Shown in pieces: positions 8,363 to 17,302 of a stretch of DNA of 64,000 nt; position 1 is the stretch's first letter, and the number at the start of each line of letters is the position of its first letter. Position numbers and translations under genes: made by a program. The notes under the pieces were generated by a model. It did not search any database. It was not told the DNA's origin and was given only the letters and a program-made list of their open reading frames with translations. Source of the DNA: an uncultured Flavobacteriaceae bacterium (GTDB lineage Bacteria > Bacteroidota > Bacteroidia > Flavobacteriales > Flavobacteriaceae); NCBI GenBank assembly GCA_943788095.1, contig CALSOZ010000005.1, forward strand, positions 1,851 through 65,850, given 5' to 3'.

Positions 8363-9817
8363 TTATGGACCAGGATCTAATAATTTTTGTCCATCAAGAT
8401 TAACTTGGGTTGTATAAGATCCGTTGTATTCCAATATTACTAGGCCAAATCCTGATTTGTAAGCTCTGAAATAGAAATTATTATCATAAGTAAACGTAGA
8501 AAATCCCGTTGTTGCATAAAATGAGGTATAACAGTTTTCGGGAAGTGGAATTTCTGAGTACGTTCCGTCACTTGGATCATAGAAAGCATAATAAGAACCT
8601 CCCACACCCCAAATTTGAGTAAATATTTTTCCATTAAATTGAGTTACTCGGCTGTAAGGTCGATTTAAAAATTGGACATTTGTAACATTTTCAGGAAGAG
8701 GTAAAACAGTTTCCCCTCCAAAAGCACTATTATATACACAAACAGGATACGTATTGTTAATGTTTTTGCTGTAATACACATTTGTTCCATCAGTAGTTAA
8801 ATCTCTAAAGTTCTCTGATCCTGAAACAAGTTCTGTTGCTTCAAAATTACTGTTGGCTATGTTAGAATCTGAAACACGATATAATTTATATGAGTTATCT
8901 GGCATTGGCCCATTAAAATAGAAGTCGCCATTATCGGTAATTGTAGTGCCATATACATATTTTAAATCATGATTAGTCACGGTATTAGAGACTCCTGTAT
9001 TAAGATTTTTAAAAGTTATGGTTGTTGGGGAATCAGTAGAACTTATCAAAACAACATAATTACCTATTAAAATAGGGGGTGAATTTCCAGAAGTAATTCC
9101 TCCATCACTTTCAATTTCGCTTATAACGTCTTGATCGTTTATTTTGAGCAATCGCGTTTGACTTGATACAGTATTTCTTGATGTAAAATACATTTCGCCC
9201 TCATGAACAGTATATTGCATCATATCATAATAAGGATCTGAAAACCCTGGGGACGAGTAATCGTCAGGAAGAGGAATTGAAGTTGTAACGCCGTTTAAAG
9301 GGTTTATTTTTTTCAGCGTAAGGGAAGAATGGTCATATGCATACATGTACTCGTTGTATAGCGCAAATCCAATCCTATAGCTATCGGATTGTACAAAAGT
9401 TGTGTTAATTAGAGATGTGCTTTTGTCATTCAGATTAAATAGATAATAGCCATTAAACTGATATCCATTTGTACTCAGTGCAAGTGGGAAACTGTTTTGA
9501 AAATTAATTTCAGGATGAAGAGCATCAACTTTATCACTAAGCGCAGTTATTTGTTGTTTCAATTCTGAAATCAACGCATCTATTTCAGATTGTGTGTAAA
9601 GTGTTGGGATATCAGTTAAATCATTATAGCTTCCACTAAAACTGTTTAAATTAGTATCCACGTAGTTTTTTGTTGCTGCATCTTGCGCCTCAGTAGGTTC
9701 GGCTAAGTTTATGACTTGGTGGTTTTCAGCACTGACAGTTCCGTTTAATTTAATATCCCCTTCTTGTCCAATGGCCAGTATTGGAAAAAAGGTTAAAAGA
9801 TAAATTATTTTTTTCAT
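8363..9817 (-). CDS. Secreted fibre/adhesin-like hypothetical protein (signal peptide, neck and tail-fibre-like motifs, coiled coil, beta-rich head)
   Basis: MKKIIYLLTFFPILAIG-Q; INLAEPTEAQDAATKNYVD; FSGSYNDLTDIP; heptads EIDALISELKQQITALSDKVDAL; repeated (M/F)YF strands. Confidence 0.75.
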   Translation of the reverse strand: MKKIIYLLTFFPILAIGQEGDIKLNGTVSAENHQVINLAEPTEAQDAATKNYVDTNLNSFSGSYNDLTDIPTLYTQSEIDALISELKQQITALSDKVDALHPEINFQNSFPLALSTNGYQFNGYYLFNLNDKSTSLINTTFVQSDSYRIGFALYNEYMYAYDHSSLTLKKINPLNGVTTSIPLPDDYSSPGFSDPYYDMMQYTVHEGEMYFTSRNTVSSQTRLLKINDQDVISEIESDGGITSGNSPPILIGNYVVLISSTDSPTTITFKNLNTGVSNTVTNHDLKYVYGTTITDNGDFYFNGPMPDNSYKLYRVSDSNIANSNFEATELVSGSENFRDLTTDGTNVYYSKNINNTYPVCVYNSAFGGETVLPLPENVTNVQFLNRPYSRVTQFNGKIFTQIWGVGGSYYAFYDPSDGTYSEIPLPENCYTSFYATTGFSTFTYDNNFYFRAYKSGFGLVILEYNGSYTTQVNLDGQKLLDPGP

Positions 9818-10512
9818 TTCTTAATAATCTTAAAAGTTGATAATTGGTTTTGTTTATTGGTAGTATGTAGTAAATAGATTCCTGTTGGAAGTTTAGACAC
9901 ATTTAGTTCGTTGCGGTTTGATTCTATTACTTTTTGTCCAGAGACATTGTAGAGTATCGATTTCTGAAGGTTTTTTGATACAATGACTAACTTGTCAGTC
10001 GTTGGATTTGGATAGACTTTTACAAAATCATTTATAGCGATTGCTTCAACCGAAAGACTCGCATCATCCGAACTAGCTGTGATTTTAGTGAATTCTAAAT
10101 CTGTAAAATCATAGCTTAAGGAGTTATTGGTTGCATCCTTTACAGTTGGTGAATGCGCTGTCCAAGTACCATCTGCACTTTGAGTTTCTAGAACTAATTT
10201 CGTTTCATCAATACCATTGAGATCATCATCTGCATACGCAAAAACAAGAGTTCCTGTAAAGCTACTCAACGCTGTTGAAGCCTCATACACTCTGGAGACA
10301 CTGCTATTGCCATTAACCTCTTCAGCATCGGTTAGTAGTGTGACAGTTGAGCCATCAGGGATGATATAGGCTTCACTGGGGGTAAAAGTCAGCCCATCTA
10401 AAGAAATAGAAGCTGTATTTTGAATCGTAATTGAAGCACCGTTTGAAACGGTTAAAATTTGACTGAACATCATGCCTGGAAGGCATAGGAGTCCTAAGAG
10501 ATATTTTTTCAT
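9814..10512 (-). CDS. Small T9SS type A sorting domain (CTD) protein
   Basis: Signal peptide; C-terminus VKVYPNPT...LNVSKLPTGIYLL...FKIIKK. Confidence 0.92.
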   Translation of the reverse strand: MKKYLLGLLCLPGMMFSQILTVSNGASITIQNTASISLDGLTFTPSEAYIIPDGSTVTLLTDAEEVNGNSSVSRVYEASTALSSFTGTLVFAYADDDLNGIDETKLVLETQSADGTWTAHSPTVKDATNNSLSYDFTDLEFTKITASSDDASLSVEAIAINDFVKVYPNPTTDKLVIVSKNLQKSILYNVSGQKVIESNRNELNVSKLPTGIYLLHTTNKQNQLSTFKIIKK

Positions 10513-10673
10513 AATTGGTTAATTTTCTTCTAAAATACTAATACTTTTTTTAAAATAAATAAATAAAATACTTTTTATTTATAACTTATTAAAGTTTTTG
10601 ATTTATTGTTACTAAAGCCCAGCTTAAAATGTGATTAAACAAAGAGTTCAATCGTATGTTTAGAGTCGCAAAA

Positions 10674-10704
10674 AAAAAAATCCACTCATTTGAGTGGATT
10701 TTTT
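10674..10704. repeat. 31-bp hairpin/terminator, copy 2
   Basis: Identical to 8149-8179; lies 18 nt past the stop codon of the lipoprotein gene. Confidence 0.88.
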
Positions 10705-10722
10705 AGTATATTAATTATGGAA

Positions 10723-12561
10723 TTAATTGTCACGTTTCACATGAATTACACCTGAAATGGTATGTGCAACTCCTTGATAGTCTTCATAGTCGCCACCAAA
10801 ATTAATGTCAATATATTCTCCAATAGCGTTGCCATATGCGGTTAGATTAAAAATAATTTGGTTATTTTCATAACTGATGTCTTGACATTCTACAAACGTC
10901 ATTCCAGCTGAGGGCGTATTTGTATTCCATATATTTTCATATTCATAAGCGCCTTCAAAATTTACGTAATTGTCACTTAAAAATCCAGAAAGATAGATGC
11001 ATGTATTTTTATTGCTGCCTCCAATATCTAGTCTATATAAACCAGAGAAATCACTTTGATATGTAGTACAGCTTACGTTAAAGACTATTTGTTCAACTTC
11101 ACCATCATCAATACTAAATTGAATAAATTCTTCTACACTATCACAGGCTGATAAGGTTCCTAAGTCCGTTTCAGGACTAGTCAATGTGTAATTAATTTCA
11201 GAAGTAGTTTGAAGTGTTTCGTAATCATAACCCGTAATACTAATGGAAGCATTTTCATTACAACTAAGGACATTGATTTCGAACACACCATCTGTGACTA
11301 AACTATAAAACCATTGACCATCTTCAATCTTACCTTGAACATACCCATTAACGACCGCATCTCCATCACAAGTATTAAAAACTCCTGTAATGGTTTCTAG
11401 ATAGTCTTCAATTTCAGGGGCATCAAGCACAATTTCAAGTGTGGTGTCCTCACTGAAAGGACCGACTGTTTCGGATGAATTAGGAATTTCTAAGTTATTA
11501 CAAATGTTATATAAAAAGTATTGTAAATTCAAAGTTTGGTTTGCTGGGATAATACCACAAACTTCTCCAGAGTCATTCGTAATTCCGTATCGAGTTCCGT
11601 TGAACTCACTTTCAATATCAACCTTAATATTACTCAATGGAGTGTTATTGGAGTTCGTTATGTTCATGCATATATTGATATATTCTGCTGGAATATCACA
11701 ATTCCAAAAGGAGAAATGACTAACCGTTCCAACATAATTTGTGCCCTGAAGTGTGGCACTGCCCTCTTCAATCCAATACCCTTTTTCTTCGTCAAAATAC
11801 CAAAGTGGGATTTCATTGGGGGCTCCTGCCAAAGTCTCGGGATCTAATGGTACGGATATGGTTGCAGTGGTGCCTTCAGAAAGGTTTAATTTTTCTCCAG
11901 CATCGCTGCGTAGTTCCACAGCTACCATCCCTAAAGTTTCGAGCATTCTTGCCTCATTTTGCAAATTTTCTGCTAGTAGCATTCCTGGCATTTGTTGTTG
12001 CATATCGTCATCCGTGGGGTTTAATAAATGCAACGTTACTTGTACATCTCCTGTGTAATCACTTCCATCAGCATTACTATATGCTCCAGAGAGATCAACG
12101 GCTGCACCATTGCTTAAACTTACTGTGGCAGCGATTCCAGAGTTCACGGTTTGAGTCACTGTTTGCGGTAATAACATGATTTGAACTTGATTGATCCCTG
12201 CAGTTGGTACTACAGACCTTGAGCCGTTTAGGAACCCTGCTTTTTCTACTTTAACATAAGCAAACTTCTCGTAGACTTGTGCATCTCTTATGATAAAAAC
12301 ACCGTTCATATCGGTGTCGATTGTGCTGTTTCCAATTTGAACGGTAGCTCCACTTACAGGGTTATTTTGCAAATCGACTACACGTCCCATAAAATCGCTG
12401 TTTGATGCACTTCCAAAGCTTTCTGCTAAGGTCATCGATGCAGTTGGTGTGCTCGAGTCATTTATGCCACCAGTTGGTTCGTCATTACATCCTGCAAAAC
12501 AAAAGAACGTTAAGAGGATTAATAAGTTTCTTATATTTAATAATTTTATTTGTGAAATCAT
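10723..12561 (-). CDS. Lipoprotein with carboxypeptidase-regulatory-like domain and a beta-sandwich ending in an HFS motif
   Basis: Lipobox FAG-C; GRVVDLQNNPVSGATVQIG...TDMNGVF; IPLWYFDEEKGYWIEEG...VSHFSFWNCD; start set at MISQIK. Confidence 0.8.
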   Translation of the reverse strand: MISQIKLLNIRNLLILLTFFCFAGCNDEPTGGINDSSTPTASMTLAESFGSASNSDFMGRVVDLQNNPVSGATVQIGNSTIDTDMNGVFIIRDAQVYEKFAYVKVEKAGFLNGSRSVVPTAGINQVQIMLLPQTVTQTVNSGIAATVSLSNGAAVDLSGAYSNADGSDYTGDVQVTLHLLNPTDDDMQQQMPGMLLAENLQNEARMLETLGMVAVELRSDAGEKLNLSEGTTATISVPLDPETLAGAPNEIPLWYFDEEKGYWIEEGSATLQGTNYVGTVSHFSFWNCDIPAEYINICMNITNSNNTPLSNIKVDIESEFNGTRYGITNDSGEVCGIIPANQTLNLQYFLYNICNNLEIPNSSETVGPFSEDTTLEIVLDAPEIEDYLETITGVFNTCDGDAVVNGYVQGKIEDGQWFYSLVTDGVFEINVLSCNENASISITGYDYETLQTTSEINYTLTSPETDLGTLSACDSVEEFIQFSIDDGEVEQIVFNVSCTTYQSDFSGLYRLDIGGSNKNTCIYLSGFLSDNYVNFEGAYEYENIWNTNTPSAGMTFVECQDISYENNQIIFNLTAYGNAIGEYIDINFGGDYEDYQGVAHTISGVIHVKRDN

Positions 12562-12683
12562 AATTAAAATTAAATTGGTTATACATTCTATAAATGTACA
12601 AAATTTCAAGAAATTAAATATTCTAAAATTAATTAGAGCTTAAATAAATTTATATTGAAAGCGAGATGAGGTTGTACCGTTTA

Positions 12684-12718
12684 TATAAAAAAACACTCAA
12701 ATTGAGTGTTTTTTTATA
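12684..12718. terminator. Terminator of pdhA-pdhC, related to the island hairpin
   Basis: TATAAAAAAACACTCAA-A-TTGAGTGTTTTTTTATA perfect stem. Confidence 0.85.
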
Positions 12719-12741
12719 ATTTATTTAGATCGTCTTTATTG

Positions 12742-14358
12742 TTAAACAAGCATGGTCACAGGGTTCTCAATAAAGCCTTTTAAGGTTTGTAAGAACTGAG
12801 CGCCCGTTGAGCCATCTACCGTTCGGTGATCGCAAGCGAGGGTGAGTTTAATGGTGTTTCCAACCACAATCTGTCCGTTTTTAACCACTGGTTTTTGAAC
12901 AATAGCTCCTACCGATAAAATCGCTGAGTTCGGTTGGTTGATGATGGATGTAAAACTTTCAATTCCAAACATCCCTAAGTTAGACACGGTAAAGGTACTG
13001 CCGTCCATTTCTTGAGGGGTTAATTTTTTGGTACGTGCACGGCCAGCAAAATCTCTAACGGCGGCGCCAATTTGCGGCAAGCTTTGCTCATTCGCAAAAC
13101 GCACCACAGGAACGACCAAACCATCTTCAACAGCCACCGCCACACCAACGTGTACGTGGTTGTTTAGTTTCATGCGATCTGCAAACCACTGTGAATTTAC
13201 TTGTGGGTGCAAACGCAATGCCAACGCACAAGCTTTGACAATGATGTCGTTAAATGATATTTTGGTATCAGGAACCGTATTGTATTGTGCTCTAAAAGCC
13301 ATGGCATTGTCCATGTCAAACTCTACATTCAAATAATAATGGGGTGCAGAAAACTTCGATTCGCCCAAACGTTTCGCAATGGTTTTACGCATTTGCGAAT
13401 TCTTAATTTCTTCAAAATCTTCTTGACCTGTGGGTACAAATTTTGCTGTGCCTGCAGCAGAACTAGCAGCTGCGGGTGTGAAGTTTTCAACATCGCGTTT
13501 GATGATGCGTCCGTTTTCGCCACTTCCAACCAATTGGTTCAAGGCAATGCCTTTTTCGTCCGCCATTTTTCGCGCTAGTGGCGAAATATGCAAGCGTCCT
13601 GTTGTATTTGGAACTGCTACTGCTACTGGTGCAGCGGCTGCTTTGGGTGTTTCTTTGACTACTGGGGCAGCTACTTTTGCTGTTTCTTGTGGAGCTGCCT
13701 CTACCACGGCTGCTGCACCCGTAGAAAAGTTAGCAGCTACTGCTGAAACATCCGTTCCTGCAGGGCCAATAATAGCCAAAAGATCATCTACTTTTGCAGA
13801 GTCACCTTCTTGTAAGCCAATATATAATAAGGTTCCTTCATTAAAGGATTCAAATTCCATCGTTGCTTTGTCTGTTTCAATTTCCGCTAAAATATCACCT
13901 TCTTCTACGGCGTCTCCAACGTTTTTCAACCAGCTCGCCACGGTGCCTTCTTCCATGGTATCGCTTAAGCGTGGCATGGTTACTACAATCACGTCTTCAG
14001 GAATGCTTGCTGTGCTTGGTTCCACAACGGTTGCAGCGGCTTCAACAGGAGCCTCTGTTTGTTCTGGAGTTGTTTCTTCTACGGCAGTTGTTGGATTCAA
14101 GAGTGCCGAAATATCTTCGCCTTCATCGCCAATAATGGCTAGAAGTTCATCGACCATCGTCGTTTCACCTTCTTGAACACCAATGTGAAGTAAGGTTCCT
14201 TCATTAAAGGATTCAAATTCCATCGTTGCTTTATCGGTTTCGATTTCCGCAAGTATGTCACCTTCTTCAATTTTGTCTCCTACTTTTTTCAACCAGCTCG
14301 CCACGGTGCCTTCTTCCATGGTATCGCTTAGTCGGGGCATGTTAACTATGATTGCCAT
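12742..14358 (-). CDS. pdhC: Pyruvate dehydrogenase E2 with two lipoyl domains
   Basis: Two EIETDKATME lipoyl motifs, ISPLARK E3-binding domain, DHRTVDG. Confidence 0.96.
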   Translation of the reverse strand: MAIIVNMPRLSDTMEEGTVASWLKKVGDKIEEGDILAEIETDKATMEFESFNEGTLLHIGVQEGETTMVDELLAIIGDEGEDISALLNPTTAVEETTPEQTEAPVEAAATVVEPSTASIPEDVIVVTMPRLSDTMEEGTVASWLKNVGDAVEEGDILAEIETDKATMEFESFNEGTLLYIGLQEGDSAKVDDLLAIIGPAGTDVSAVAANFSTGAAAVVEAAPQETAKVAAPVVKETPKAAAAPVAVAVPNTTGRLHISPLARKMADEKGIALNQLVGSGENGRIIKRDVENFTPAAASSAAGTAKFVPTGQEDFEEIKNSQMRKTIAKRLGESKFSAPHYYLNVEFDMDNAMAFRAQYNTVPDTKISFNDIIVKACALALRLHPQVNSQWFADRMKLNNHVHVGVAVAVEDGLVVPVVRFANEQSLPQIGAAVRDFAGRARTKKLTPQEMDGSTFTVSNLGMFGIESFTSIINQPNSAILSVGAIVQKPVVKNGQIVVGNTIKLTLACDHRTVDGSTGAQFLQTLKGFIENPVTMLV

Positions 14359-14361
14359 AAC

Positions 14362-15360
14362 TTATAATTTATGTTGTAAAAATGGATAATCTTCTTGTTC
14401 GTATACGACATCGTACATCAAACTTTTTTCTGGATAGGGCGATTCGTCTGCGAATTTCTCACATTCAGCAACTAATTCTTTCACACGCTTATCAATGATT
14501 TTAATATCGTCTTCCGTGGCATACTCTTCTCTAAGAATGACATCTAAGACTTGTGTGATTGGATCAATTTTTTTGTATTCTTTGACTTCGTCCTTGGTTC
14601 GGTAGTGTTGTGCATCACTCATAGAATGTCCTCTATAACGATAGGTTTTCATTTCTAAAAATGTTGGACCATCACCGCGTCGCGCACGTTGAATGGCTTC
14701 ATCAAATGCTTCTGCCACTTTGATCGGGTTCATCCCATCTACAGGGCCACATGGCATTTCATAGCCTAAGCCTAATTTCCAAATATCGGTATGGTTGGCG
14801 GTTCTGTCTACAGAGGTTCCCATGGCATAGCCGTTGTTTTCACAAACAAACACCACTGGAAGTTTCCAGTTCATCGCCATGTTAAAAGTTTCATGTAATG
14901 AACCTTGACGGGCTGCACCATCGCCAAAATAACAAAGAGTGACCGCACCAGTTTCGTGGTATTTATCACCAAACGCCATTCCAGCGCCTAAAGGAATTTG
15001 TCCTCCAACAATTCCATGTCCGCCATAAAAGCCTTTTTCTTTTGAGAAAATATGCATCGAGCCTCCCAATCCTTGAGACGTTCCAGTGGCTTTCCCAAAA
15101 AGTTCTGCCATCACACGACGTGGATCAACGCCCATCCCAATGGGTTGTACGTGATTTCGATAGGCTGTGATCATTTTGTCCTTGGATAAATCCATGGCGT
15201 GCAATGCACCTGCTAGGACAGCTTCTTGTCCATTATATAAGTGGAGGAATCCCCTTACTTTTTGTTGAATATAGACCGCTGCAAGTTTGTCTTCAAACTT
15301 TCGCCAGAGCATCATATTTTCGTACCAATCAAGGTAGACTTCTTTAGTTATCTTCTGCAT
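14362..15360 (-). CDS. pdhA: Pyruvate dehydrogenase E1 alpha
   Basis: RGFLHLYNGQEA, GDGAARQG, TYRYRGHSMSD. Confidence 0.96.
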   Translation of the reverse strand: MQKITKEVYLDWYENMMLWRKFEDKLAAVYIQQKVRGFLHLYNGQEAVLAGALHAMDLSKDKMITAYRNHVQPIGMGVDPRRVMAELFGKATGTSQGLGGSMHIFSKEKGFYGGHGIVGGQIPLGAGMAFGDKYHETGAVTLCYFGDGAARQGSLHETFNMAMNWKLPVVFVCENNGYAMGTSVDRTANHTDIWKLGLGYEMPCGPVDGMNPIKVAEAFDEAIQRARRGDGPTFLEMKTYRYRGHSMSDAQHYRTKDEVKEYKKIDPITQVLDVILREEYATEDDIKIIDKRVKELVAECEKFADESPYPEKSLMYDVVYEQEDYPFLQHKL

Positions 15361-15451
15361 GCGCTTACAGTAATTTTTTTTAATGTAAAGACAAAAGTAA
15401 TACTTTGATTGATAACCTAAAAAGAGTAAGAGTTAATTTTTTAAAAAATCG

Positions 15452-15934
15452 TTACAGTACGGTTTTGTCAAAGATCCATGGAAGGATATTTTCAACCGAT
15501 TTTGAGTGTGCTATTTGTCCAGAAGTGCCCATGAAATACAGCTCTATTGGGGTGTTTTGTTTGACCTCATACTCTGATAATGCTTGTCTGCAAGCACCGC
15601 AAGGGGGGATGGGTTTTGTGGTTGGAGTTAGCGTGGATCCTGCGACAATTGCCATTCGGATAATTTTTTGGTTTGGAAATTCTGCGCCCGCATAATAAAT
15701 AGCGGTTCGTTCGGCACATAATCCAGAAGGGTAGGAGGCATTTTCTTGGTTGTTTCCAGAAATAATTTCACCATTTTCCAGTTCTAAAGCGGCACCTACT
15801 AAAAATTTAGAGTAAGGTGCATAGGCTTTTTCACGAGCTTCAGACGCTTTTTGAAGGAGATTTTGAATCGGAGTCGCTAATTCGTCCAACGTGTCATATA
15901 CATCAAACGCAGTATCAATTTTTATTTTTTTCAT
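15452..15934 (-). CDS. cdd: Cytidine deaminase
   Basis: AYAPYSKFLVGAA, NQENASYPSGLCAER, PCGACRQ; start set at MKKIKI. Confidence 0.93.
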   Translation of the reverse strand: MKKIKIDTAFDVYDTLDELATPIQNLLQKASEAREKAYAPYSKFLVGAALELENGEIISGNNQENASYPSGLCAERTAIYYAGAEFPNQKIIRMAIVAGSTLTPTTKPIPPCGACRQALSEYEVKQNTPIELYFMGTSGQIAHSKSVENILPWIFDKTVL

Positions 15935-16005
15935 TATTGGTTCAGACAAAAAAACTATTGCAATGGGCAATAGTTTTTATTAGTGTTTTTTATTAAAGTA
16001 ATTGC

Positions 16006-17268
16006 TTAGTATTCGCTGTATTCACCATCTCCAAAATTAAATGATAAAGAGAAGCGTAACGTATTTTCTAAAGGGCTTTGTACTTTGGACGCTGAGAACA
16101 AATAAGACAGGTCGATATCAATGGTGCTGTATTTGAAACCTGCTCCCATGGCGAAAAATTTACGGGCACCTTTGAATTCATTTTCATTAAAATATCCGAG
16201 TCTTAAAGCAAATGAATCTTGATACAAATATTCCGCACCCAAGGCCCAAGTAAATTCATCTATTTCTTCACTAAAACCCCCTGGCGCATCGTTAAACGAT
16301 TGAAATACACCTGCCATAAATCCAACATCTGGATCTTGTCCTTCAATTATTACATCGTCCGTTTTGCTTATCAAGGTATCATCGTCAGCTTCGTAAGTTC
16401 CATTCCCATTGAGGTCTTCAAACACGGTTTCTGTTCCAAGAATTGGAGGCGTTGGGATTAATAGTTTTGTCACTTCTGCCGTGACGTTGACTCTGTTGTA
16501 TTGGTCAAAGATAAAATCAAATCCACCCCCAAGTCTTAAATTGGTTGGTAAGAAATTCTCTCTACCCGCATCATCATATTTAATTTTAGGCCCTAAGTTT
16601 TGAATCGCAAATCCACCTCTCCAACGGCCATTAAAACTCTCGTAGGCTTCTTCTTCACTTTGGTAATACCCGGCAATATCCACACCAAAAGATCCGGCAG
16701 CTTTAGCGTTTGCATCTACTGCAGGAATCTTTAAATCCGAACGTAAATATCGCAAGGCAACGGCCATCGAAAACTGGTCCGAAAGACGCAAAGAGTAAGA
16801 AGCATCTAAACTTAATTCATTTGGCTTTTCGATCAATGCTTCAGAAAATTCATCTGCTCTTAATTCAATTTCTCCGAGTGAAAAATATTTAAAACTGACG
16901 GCAAATGCGCTACGGTCGTTAAGTCTGTTAAAGTAAGTGAAATTACCTAAAAAGATATCGTTGACCAATTTGCTTAAATAGGGTGTGTAACTAAAAGCAA
17001 TCCCTGATTTGGCTTCAGAAAAGGCATATTTTGAAGGGTTCCATTGTTGTGAATGTGCATCAGCTGAGGTTGCAACACCCATATCGCCCAAAGCGGCAGC
17101 TCGTGCATCGGAAGCAATCAGTAAAAAGGGCACTCCAGTGGTGATGACCCTAGAGTCTTGAGTGTTAGGGGTTAGAACCGTAGTTTGAGCGGTTAGGTTA
17201 TTAAAAAAAATAGACACTAAAAAAAAAGCGAGTAGTGTTGTTTTTTGAATTCTTTTGGATGGAGTCAT
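16006..17268 (-). CDS. porV: T9SS outer-membrane shuttle PorV
   Basis: ITTGVPFLLIASDARAAALGDMG, WNPSKYAF, SPLENTLRFSLSF; downstream of porU; TATATTTG at 17287-17294 (-) supports the 17268 start. Confidence 0.93.
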   Translation of the reverse strand: MTPSKRIQKTTLLAFFLVSIFFNNLTAQTTVLTPNTQDSRVITTGVPFLLIASDARAAALGDMGVATSADAHSQQWNPSKYAFSEAKSGIAFSYTPYLSKLVNDIFLGNFTYFNRLNDRSAFAVSFKYFSLGEIELRADEFSEALIEKPNELSLDASYSLRLSDQFSMAVALRYLRSDLKIPAVDANAKAAGSFGVDIAGYYQSEEEAYESFNGRWRGGFAIQNLGPKIKYDDAGRENFLPTNLRLGGGFDFIFDQYNRVNVTAEVTKLLIPTPPILGTETVFEDLNGNGTYEADDDTLISKTDDVIIEGQDPDVGFMAGVFQSFNDAPGGFSEEIDEFTWALGAEYLYQDSFALRLGYFNENEFKGARKFFAMGAGFKYSTIDIDLSYLFSASKVQSPLENTLRFSLSFNFGDGEYSEY

Positions 17269-17302
17269 TTCTAAATTTATTTTTAACAAATATAAGTTAA
17301 TA

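Noticed and set aside
8224-8380. Plus-strand signal-peptide-like fragment (...VSFLFLLSLIFHSAFTQEYKL) with an out-of-frame ATG at 8224
   Set aside because: It needs a frameshift, T-rich DNA yields hydrophobic peptides by chance, and the hairpin inside is explained as the minus-strand terminator.
8363-9817. Prophage tail fibre or diversity-generating retroelement target
   Set aside because: The protein has a Sec signal peptide, and no phage genes, reverse transcriptase or template repeat are visible in the window.
13430-14176. Long antisense ORFs (also 5755-6261, 1025-1609, 39203-39667, 48457-48777 and others)
   Set aside because: They are shadows of well-supported genes on the opposite strand, caused by codon bias and low complexity.
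12742-15360. pdhA-pdhC without pdhB or lpdA
   Set aside because: A split PDH gene arrangement is usual in Flavobacteriaceae.
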